This document shows, one piece after another, positions 6,899 to 13,777 of a stretch of DNA of 24,149 nucleotides. Each line of letters opens with the position of its first letter. Within the stretch, counting starts at the first letter, position 1. The notes beneath the pieces are model-generated. The model searched no databases and had not been told where the DNA came from. It saw nothing but the letters and a program-made list of their open reading frames with translations. The position numbers and the translations under genes were made by a program. This stretch comes from Chloroflexota bacterium (GTDB lineage Bacteria; Chloroflexota; Ktedonobacteria; Ktedonobacterales; Ktedonobacteraceae), in assembly GCA_005881295.1 (NCBI GenBank), contig VBHS01000291.1, positions 1-24,149 on the forward strand. The letters run 5' to 3'.

Positions 6899-9022
6899 TT
6901 AGACATCCAGTTCCTTAATTTTGCGCGAATGCTCAGCCAGGAAGACACGCCGGGCCTCAGCATTTTCATCTTCCATCAATTCCTTGACCAGCCGCGCCGC
7001 CAGTACTCCATCCTCCATGGAAACACGTTTAAGTGTACGCCTGGCAGGATCAAAGGTAGTATCGCGCAATTCCTTCGGATTCATCTCACCAAGACCTTTG
7101 AAGCGCTTGAACTCCAGTCCTCCAGCATCTGCATGCGTCTTAATGAATTGCAGACGAGCTTCATCATCGAGCAGCCAGATGGTCTTACCCTTGTACTTGA
7201 CCGAGTACAGCGGAGGGCAGGCGATGAATACATGACCCTGCTCTATCAGATCACTAAATTCCTGGTGAAACAACGTGAGCAACAGACACTGAATGTGTAA
7301 GCCATCCACGTCAGCGTCAGTGGCGATAATGACGCGGTCAAATTTTAAACGGCTAATGTCAAAAGAATCCCTCGTTCCTGTTCCTAAAACATTGATGATA
7401 GTACGGATCTCTTCATTTTCGACGATACGCCGCAAATCGGCCTTGGCGACATTGAGCGGTTTCCCTTTGAGCTTCAGAATCGCTTGAAACTCCGAAAAAC
7501 GTCCCTGACCCGCGCTGCCACCGGCGGAGTCACCCTCCACGATGAACAGTTCAGCACGCTCGGGATCATTGGAGTTACAACGCAAGAACTTTTTTGAAAG
7601 CGTCGTGTCGATCAATTCGCCATTCTTCTTGTTACCGCCTCTGGCCAGCTCTTCTACCAGCTGCGCCTCGTTGCGAGCTTTCTGCATCTGCAGGATCTTC
7701 TTCAGCCACTCTTTTCCCGCGGTAGTATTGCTCTCAAACCAATCTTTCAAGCCCTCATCAACAACCGAGCGCACAATCCCCTCAACTGGTGCATTGTTGA
7801 GGCGATCTTTGGTTTGCCCCTGGAACTGCGGGTTAGTCAGCTTGACCGAGATCACCGCGTTCAGTCCTTGCTGGATAACTTCTGGTCGGAAACCATCCTC
7901 TTCACGGTTTTTGATGATCTTCCATTTCAGTGCGTAGTCATGGACAACTTTTGTCAGAGCAGCCTTAAAGCCTGTTTCATGTACCCCTCCATCACGTGTA
8001 CGAACGGCATTAGCAAAACTGTAGATGGTAGTCTTATAACCGGTCGTTGGCTGTAATGCTACCTCAACCTGCACACCATCCTTTTCTTTAGCTATACCAA
8101 GCACCTGCTTAAAAAGTGGGGCGCTGGTACTGATGGAAAGCTCTCTCACATAGTCCGGTAAACCGTCACGAGAATAGAATGTGCGGCTCACTTGCTTATT
8201 TTCAGCATCATCCCAGGCATCCAGCTGGAAAGTGACGCCGCGATTCAGGTATGCCGCCGCCTTCAGGCGGCTGTCGATGGCCTCCAGGGGATAGTAAGCC
8301 TCGTCGTCAAAGATCGAACGGTCAAACAACCACCGGAGTTGCGTTCCATGCAACTTTGGGTCACATGGAGCAATATGATGCGGCAGCGCTACTCCACGGC
8401 TGAATATTTGCGTAAACTTCTGACCATCCTTCCAGATCGTCAATTCTAGTTTCTCGGATAGAGCGTTGATTACCGTTGCGCCTACACCATGTAGGCCTCC
8501 CGCCGTCTTATATACACCTTCGGAAAACTTACCACCCGAGTGAGGAACCGTCAGAATAACGGTAGCAGCAGGCAGGTAGTCACCCTGGTACAACATGGGG
8601 TCAAAAGGCATTCCTCTGGCCTCGTCCTTCACCGTGACCCAGCCTTCCTGATCAATATTCATCCAGATATGCTTACCATATCCCGCGACCGCTTCATCTA
8701 CAGCGTTATCAAGAGCTTCCCAGATGAGGTGGAGCAGCCCAGACGTAGAAGTTGAGCCAATGTACATTCCTGGACGATGGCGGATTGCCGCAATCCCCTC
8801 CAAGACCTGAATATCAGCTGCACTATATGACGCACTCTTTTTTGTTCGCGCCCCAGGTTTTTTCTCTATCGTTGCAGAACTAGATTCTCTTTTAGATGAC
8901 GATTCTCTCTTGTTAGTTTCTTTTTGTTCATCTGTTTTATGCGGAGCAAAAAGCGTAAGTTGTTCCTGCGTGCTGTCATGATCATCTCGTATTGTTGCTA
9001 AGATTTTGGAGGAACGTGACAT
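6899..9022 (-). CDS. parE: Type IIA topoisomerase subunit B, ParE-like
   Basis: IQVLEG...RPGMYIGST, EALDNAVDE, HSGGKF, GGLHGVG, EGDSAGGS, LKGKPLN, DADVDG, RFKGLGEMN; RGMP with ParE-type Met; stop lies 2 nt before the parC ATG. Confidence 0.85.
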   Translation of the reverse strand: MSRSSKILATIRDDHDSTQEQLTLFAPHKTDEQKETNKRESSSKRESSSATIEKKPGARTKKSASYSAADIQVLEGIAAIRHRPGMYIGSTSTSGLLHLIWEALDNAVDEAVAGYGKHIWMNIDQEGWVTVKDEARGMPFDPMLYQGDYLPAATVILTVPHSGGKFSEGVYKTAGGLHGVGATVINALSEKLELTIWKDGQKFTQIFSRGVALPHHIAPCDPKLHGTQLRWLFDRSIFDDEAYYPLEAIDSRLKAAAYLNRGVTFQLDAWDDAENKQVSRTFYSRDGLPDYVRELSISTSAPLFKQVLGIAKEKDGVQVEVALQPTTGYKTTIYSFANAVRTRDGGVHETGFKAALTKVVHDYALKWKIIKNREEDGFRPEVIQQGLNAVISVKLTNPQFQGQTKDRLNNAPVEGIVRSVVDEGLKDWFESNTTAGKEWLKKILQMQKARNEAQLVEELARGGNKKNGELIDTTLSKKFLRCNSNDPERAELFIVEGDSAGGSAGQGRFSEFQAILKLKGKPLNVAKADLRRIVENEEIRTIINVLGTGTRDSFDISRLKFDRVIIATDADVDGLHIQCLLLTLFHQEFSDLIEQGHVFIACPPLYSVKYKGKTIWLLDDEARLQFIKTHADAGGLEFKRFKGLGEMNPKELRDTTFDPARRTLKRVSMEDGVLAARLVKELMEDENAEARRVFLAEHSRKIKELDV

Positions 9023-9063
9023 CTACTCTGATACCTCTCTTTGATTGCATGTACTGTTCCCTC

Positions 9064-9092
9064 AGCATACAGCCTTCATTCATAAAAGTCAA
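9064..9092 (-). promoter_or_regulatory. sigma70-type promoter of the parE-parC operon
   Basis: Minus strand TTGACT (9092-9087), 17-nt spacer, TATGCT (9069-9064). Confidence 0.6.
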
Positions 9093-9288
9093 GAGAAATT
9101 TTGGTCAAATGTTCTAGCAATTCATAAATTCATTTTGCCCTTGCCAATTAGCTCAAGTGCAACAGAATTACTGCCCAGAGCGTAATAACATCTATAGATG
9201 TGAAACCAAAACTACCAAAAGTTGCATGACAGTATCTTTGAGGTATTATACTTAAAACTACAGAGTAGATACGAAACGATCTGTGAAC

Positions 9289-9326
9289 AAAAATGATGAG
9301 ATAAAATAAAAATGATGAGATAAAAT
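9289..9326 (+). repeat. Perfect tandem 19-bp duplication
   Basis: AAAAATGATGAGATAAAAT x2 (9289-9307, 9308-9326) in an AT-rich divergent intergenic region. Confidence 0.9.
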
Positions 9327-9471
9327 ATCGCTTAATTTACCTCATCGATTCTTTTTCTGTTACAAAGCAAATAGATGTAATTCCATATATGAAGATAAGA
9401 TTTAGGATACTTCACAGCACGAATAAAAGCTAAGTTAATTATTATTTCGATGTTTTTTAATAGAATATCTA

Positions 9472-9500
9472 TTGTTATTTGTATGCTAATCCATTATAAT
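9472..9500 (+). promoter_or_regulatory. sigma70-type promoter of the XRE-TPR gene
   Basis: TTGTTA (9472-9477), 17-nt spacer, TATAAT (9495-9500). Confidence 0.55.
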
Positions 9501-9579
9501 TTTGTTAAATTTAGAATCCCGTACGGCGTCTTGATAACTTTTTAGTGACATAATTACAAAGGAAGGATGAAATGGAGGT

Positions 9580-10947
9580 ATGCCACGTCCCCCCAAGCAT
9601 GTTCCTCCAGATACTCTTGGAGGCCGCATTAGAGCTGCGCGAGAGAATTTAAATCTCTCGCTCAAGACAGTCGCTGCTGAACGTTATAGTACGAGTTTGA
9701 TTTCGCAGATCGAAAGAAATCGGGTTGAACCATCTCAGGAGAGTTTAGAATTTCTAGCAGAAAAATTACACTTGCCATTAGCAGACCTCCAAACTCTGGC
9801 GCAACAACAACGAGAGGCTGATAGTGATACTTGCCAGTATAAGTTCAATGAAGAACAATTGAGCGTCGCATTGGAGTTGCTTGCAAGTAAGCATCCACGA
9901 GAGGCTCTGGACTCGTTAAGTACGGTAAACATGGCCCAGACTTCAGCGTCGCTGCGTTGGCGTTTAGCGGCTGTTCGTGGCCAATGTTACTTTCAGCTAC
10001 GGCAATTTCTCAATGCCCAGAAAGATTTTCTTTATGCCGTTACCGAACAGCCAGAGATTTTACCCGCAGATCAACGTCTCGTCGTCTTAGAATTGCACCT
10101 TCATCTCGCCGCTACACTGCGCGAATTGAAACAACCCGATGCTGCATTAGAGCAATATAACATTGCCCTACGTATGATGAATGCCACTACATCCCTTCAC
10201 TACGTTGCTGAAGCGAATTGGGGGGTGTCCCTCATCGCCTTCGAGCAGGCTAAAAAGCCCTTAGATACCTCGCATTGTCCTCGTTGCAAAGAAGCGCAGT
10301 TACAAGATGCGTTTAATCATGCAGTAAACGCATGTATCCTCTATCGTTCTATTGGAGAATCACTGCGTGCAGCCCTGTTAACCTGCCAGATTGGACTCAT
10401 CGAGCAGGAATCTGGGAACCGAGATGACGCTCGCCAGCACTTCCAGGGGGTTCTCTCTGCCTGGTTGCCAGAGCTAGAAAAGAGAGCTAATGCACCTGAG
10501 ATGGAACAGCGCGGATTGCATGAATTGGCGAATGTTGTCTCTGCCGCTGCCTGTTCCCTGGCTGGTCTTGAACTCGAAATGGAGAACTACTCAGAAGCGC
10601 TGAAATATGTTCAACAGGCACAATATGCAGGTCAGATGAGCTATACTCTGAGAAAGGCCGAAGCAGCAATCATGCTTGGTCGTGTCCTCGAATCGATCGA
10701 TGTCCTTGATCCCGCGGCAGAAAGAGCATTCCGTGATGCCATCACTCTGCTGGCACCCACCGATCGCATTGCCGCACAGATACGAGCGCACGATGCTCTT
10801 GGTCGCCATTTGCTTAAAAAAAGGGAGACAAAGGCAGGTGAAATAGAGCTTGACATAGCTCGTTCACTCTCTGATGTAGCATCAGCCTTTAGCAGTTCCT
10901 CTATCTTTGTAGAGGACGAAACAGATGAGATTGCTTTGAAAGTGTAA
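9580..10947 (+). CDS. XRE/Cro-family HTH transcription regulator with C-terminal TPR-like helical repeats
   Basis: LGGRIRAARENLNLSLKTVA...SLISQIERNRVEPSQESLEFLAEKL HTH, then Ala/Leu-rich helix pairs (GQCYFQLRQFLNAQKDF, LAATLRELKQPDAALEQY). Confidence 0.85.
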   Translation: MPRPPKHVPPDTLGGRIRAARENLNLSLKTVAAERYSTSLISQIERNRVEPSQESLEFLAEKLHLPLADLQTLAQQQREADSDTCQYKFNEEQLSVALELLASKHPREALDSLSTVNMAQTSASLRWRLAAVRGQCYFQLRQFLNAQKDFLYAVTEQPEILPADQRLVVLELHLHLAATLRELKQPDAALEQYNIALRMMNATTSLHYVAEANWGVSLIAFEQAKKPLDTSHCPRCKEAQLQDAFNHAVNACILYRSIGESLRAALLTCQIGLIEQESGNRDDARQHFQGVLSAWLPELEKRANAPEMEQRGLHELANVVSAAACSLAGLELEMENYSEALKYVQQAQYAGQMSYTLRKAEAAIMLGRVLESIDVLDPAAERAFRDAITLLAPTDRIAAQIRAHDALGRHLLKKRETKAGEIELDIARSLSDVASAFSSSSIFVEDETDEIALKV

Positions 10948-10956
10948 GCAACCTCA

Positions 10957-11194
10957 CCCAGTGTCCAGTTCCTTGGGCGGTTGGGGTGCGACAGGTTCCT
11001 TGTTTTGCCTCTACACTCACGAGCTAAATCACCGCTCCTGTGTGGATGGGGTGCGACCTTGCTTATCTCTCTTTGCCGTGTCGAGGACAGCGTAGCTAAA
11101 TCACCGCTCCTGTGTGGATGGGGTGCGACAGGTTCCTTGTTTTACCTCTACGCTCACGAGCTAAATCACCGTTCCTGTGTGGATGGGGTGTGGC
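10957..11194 (+). repeat. Cluster of 36-bp direct repeats with 29-36 bp spacers (CRISPR-like or REP-like, no cas)
   Basis: AGCTAAATCACCGCTCCTGTGTGGATGGGGTGCGAC at 11022-11057 and 11094-11129; 31/32 copy at 11159-11190; degenerate copy 10957-10992. Spacers 29, 36, 29 nt; the two 29-mers are 27/29 identical. Confidence 0.85.
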
Positions 11195-11225
11195 AGCCCG
11201 CAGGCTGCCACACCCCATCCACACA
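11176..11225. repeat. Perfect 23-bp inverted repeat (REP-like hairpin)
   Basis: TGTGTGGATGGGGTGTGGCAGCC-cgca-GGCTGCCACACCCCATCCACACA; the left arm is the core of the direct repeat. Confidence 0.9.
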
Positions 11226-11287
11226 AAAAATCATTGCGAAGAGCGCAGCGATGAGGATTCAAAACCACATGAACATGAACTTAGTTA

Positions 11288-11296
11288 TGATATAAT
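11288..11296 (+). promoter_or_regulatory. Extended -10 promoter element
   Basis: TGaTATAAT in an AT-rich patch upstream of the zinc-ribbon ORF; no clear -35. Confidence 0.45.
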
Positions 11297-11500
11297 ATCG
11301 TATAAGCTACTCAAAAAATAATTGCCAAGCGTAGCCGCATCGCTAATGCAGCCCAGTCCTTCATCAATGGACAGCAAATCGCAACAAATGCTCCAGAAGT
11401 ACGCAGAGAAGGCACATATACTGCTCAAGGAAACGCTATCGCGTTCCGTTTTGATGATGGAGCAATAGAAGATGGAAAGCTTGCCTGGAACGGCGAAGGA

Positions 11501-11929
11501 ATGCAGTTTGGGCCAAATTTTTTTAACAAAGTTTCCGATTCTACCTTCCTACCGCCCGCCAATCGCATGAAGAAAGATATGGACGATATCGCCAAGGGCA
11601 TTAAAATTGCTGGAACCATTGGTGGTATGGCAATGAAAGCCGCAAAGACAATCCAGGACACGATCCAAACTACCCAGGAACCCGGAACAACTCAGAAACA
11701 ATATGCTCCTCCCACATCTGCTGGCCAAACAAATCAACCGGCACCAGCGCCCCCTCCTGTCCAGTCGACCTCATCCTCTCCCTCCAACGCTGCACCTCAC
11801 CCACCGGTGCAGAGTACCACAACGCCTCCTCAGCAGAAGGAACAGGAAGCCATCTTCTGTGATCAATGTGGCGCACGCGCTCGACCAGGAAAAAGATTTT
11901 GTAATAATTGTGGCGCTCAGCTACCGTAG
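11501..11929 (+). CDS. Pro/Gln/Thr-rich protein with C-terminal double zinc ribbon; start uncertain (frame open from 11306)
   Basis: C-terminal FCDQCG-x9-FCNNCG; low-complexity linker; no good RBS at 11501. Confidence 0.7.
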   Translation: MQFGPNFFNKVSDSTFLPPANRMKKDMDDIAKGIKIAGTIGGMAMKAAKTIQDTIQTTQEPGTTQKQYAPPTSAGQTNQPAPAPPPVQSTSSSPSNAAPHPPVQSTTTPPQQKEQEAIFCDQCGARARPGKRFCNNCGAQLP

Positions 11930-11942
11930 CTCGTTCATACCT

Positions 11943-12254
11943 TCACATCGTTGGCTGTTCCCTGGTCAGGTACTCATATGCAGCTATGATGCGCTTCATC
12001 TGCTGCTGATCTCCCCCACGATCGGGATGATAACGTTTCGCCAGTGTTCTATAGCGACGTTTAATTTGCTGTGGAGTGGCATTTGGCGGCAAACCCAGCA
12101 CATTCAAGGCCTGCTGGCGCTCCACAAAAGGACGAGCGGGATTGGCGCGGTTTTCCCAGATGGCTTTGAAACTCAAACGCAAAACATCCCATAAAAGTGC
12201 CGCAAAAGACTTTGGTGGTGGTTGTGCATTCATACCCTGGTTCCTGGCTTTCAT
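11943..12254 (-). CDS. Small J-domain (DnaJ-like) protein
   Basis: ALNVLGL..NAT..QIKRRYRTLAKRYHPDRGGD..QMKRIIAAYEYL with intact HPD; alternative start at 12233. Confidence 0.88.
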   Translation of the reverse strand: MKARNQGMNAQPPPKSFAALLWDVLRLSFKAIWENRANPARPFVERQQALNVLGLPPNATPQQIKRRYRTLAKRYHPDRGGDQQQMKRIIAAYEYLTREQPTM

Positions 12255-12447
12255 CGAGATGCCTTACGTTAGCGTATACTATACCGTATTTTTGGCCGAA
12301 GTGAAACTGTCAAAGACCCACCAAACACATCTTTAGCTGAAACGAGTTGGGCTCATCTATCGTGAATCAATGCAGAAAATAGAGATTACAATGACGCTCT
12401 TTGGGTGTTCACTTTCCAGGAATTGAAAGGTTGCGGGTGATAGCACG

Positions 12448-13554
12448 ATGAAAAATGCAACAAAGCCTTCCCAGGATGATAGCAAGGAAGGTATCTCAGA
12501 AGTAGTCAAAACCGCCGAAAAGGGAATTTCTCCCATCAAGGCCTTCTGGACTAAATTCACCAATGACTGGTGTTTTAATCTGTCCGCTATGCTGGCATAC
12601 AATTTACTTCTGGCAATGTTTCCAATAATAGTTGCTATCGTATCCATCCTTGGCTTGTTTCTCAGTGGACTGAACCCGAATGCAGAGAACCAACTCATCC
12701 AACAAATTGCCAATGTCTTCCCGTCATCAATTTCATCGCAAGAAGCTTTAAAACCTGCACTTAATCAGCTCGCCCATGATTCTGGTATTTTGGGCTATAT
12801 TGCTATTATCCTGGCTGTTTTCGGCGGATCACGCCTCTTTCCCGGCGTTAACATCATTTTTAGCCTTGGCGGCATAATTGGCACCTTGATATCCTCGTGG
12901 ATATTGTTCCAGGTTATCTATATGGTTGTCCCCAACCAGCACATCAGCTTCCGCAACGCTGTCTTGGGAGCAATTATTGCAGCGGTGGGACTTTCAATCT
13001 ATTTACCACTCTTCCCATTGTACGCCGCGAACTTCCTCAAAGGATTTGCGGGACCAACTGGCCTTTTCGTCATTTTACTGGTTTTCCTCTACTACTTTGC
13101 CCTTATTATACTTATTGGCGCCGAAGTCAATGCCTTCTTCGCTGAAAAGATCGAGGCAACGCCTGTTGACCTGGTGTCTATGGTCCACATCGTTACAAGT
13201 CATCTACCAAAGAATCAAGAGGATAAAGAGAAACAGGCACCACCTTCTCATAAAGATGCCCCAACCGGCGATGTGGCAGAAAAAACTGGCATAGAAAATG
13301 CACCAGGTAACGGGAAACACGATACTGCTGGTATAACTACGGCTGCAGCCGCAGAGCCTTCTTCGGCAAAGACCACATCAGGACAGCCCTCGACCACGTC
13401 TCCTGCACAAAGCAAAAACAAGCACAACAAGCACGATAAAGAAAAAGAACATACCACGCCGACCTCATCGAAAACTGCTGTCGTAGCCGAGGCGGTAGCA
13501 GGTACTGGCCTGGCATTCCTCGTGGAATTGCTCAGGTTACGTCGAAAAAGATGA
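12448..13554 (+). CDS. YihY / virulence factor BrkB family membrane protein, apparently internally deleted
   Basis: LSAMLAYNLLLAMFP N-terminal motif, VVPNQHISFRNAVLGAIIA, C-terminal IILIGAEVNA; low-complexity tail. Confidence 0.8.
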   Translation: MKNATKPSQDDSKEGISEVVKTAEKGISPIKAFWTKFTNDWCFNLSAMLAYNLLLAMFPIIVAIVSILGLFLSGLNPNAENQLIQQIANVFPSSISSQEALKPALNQLAHDSGILGYIAIILAVFGGSRLFPGVNIIFSLGGIIGTLISSWILFQVIYMVVPNQHISFRNAVLGAIIAAVGLSIYLPLFPLYAANFLKGFAGPTGLFVILLVFLYYFALIILIGAEVNAFFAEKIEATPVDLVSMVHIVTSHLPKNQEDKEKQAPPSHKDAPTGDVAEKTGIENAPGNGKHDTAGITTAAAAEPSSAKTTSGQPSTTSPAQSKNKHNKHDKEKEHTTPTSSKTAVVAEAVAGTGLAFLVELLRLRRKR

Positions 13555-13623
13555 CTATCTTTCTACATTTCCTCCTATTTCCCTCATTCCTGAAAAGATG
13601 TCAAGTCAAATACCCTATTTTGC

Positions 13624-13653
13624 TTGACGCCATCTATACCCATCTGTTACACT
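13624..13653 (+). promoter_or_regulatory. sigma70-type promoter with extended -10, overlapped by an imperfect inverted repeat
   Basis: TTGACG (13624-13629), 18-nt spacer, TGt-TACACT (13645-13653); TCAAGTCAAATA-ccc-TATTTTGCTTGA (13601-13627) overlaps the -35. Confidence 0.55.
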
Positions 13654-13777
13654 TTGACATAATTACATACCCCTTGCGCAAAAGCATTGGTATTTCTATG
13701 TAAGTTACTTTATCTACGCGTATTTTTATGGTGCGTCTCTTGCACCACTGGTTTAAATTCTTGACGAGGAAGAGAGC

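Noticed and set aside
4545-8755. Many plus-strand ORFs of 60-170 aa opposite parC and parE, and similar shadow ORFs opposite gabT, the kinase, iscB and cox genes
   Set aside because: They lie wholly within well-supported genes, with no motifs or RBS; expected antisense shadows
4404-9022. Canonical gyrB-gyrA
   Set aside because: No GyrA-box or acidic tail, ParE-type Met in the ATP pocket
9046-9059. LexA box between the parE promoter and start (GAAC-AGTA-CATG, minus strand)
   Set aside because: The second half-site does not match GTTC or GTAC
9023-9579. Replication origin in the AT-rich region beside topoisomerase genes
   Set aside because: Only one mismatched DnaA-like box, no cluster, no dnaA or dnaN nearby
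10957-11225. Calling the repeat cluster a bona fide CRISPR array
   Set aside because: No cas genes, two near-identical spacers, no canonical 3' repeat end, last repeat is part of a palindrome; kept as a repeat and a finding
11176-11230. The 23-bp hairpin as an intrinsic terminator
   Set aside because: It is followed by an A-run on the plus strand and has no U-tract 3' of the stem on either strand
10981-11321. ORFs 10981-11295 and 11112-11321
   Set aside because: They are translations of the DNA repeats (repeated AKSPLLCGWGA) with no RBS or domain signal
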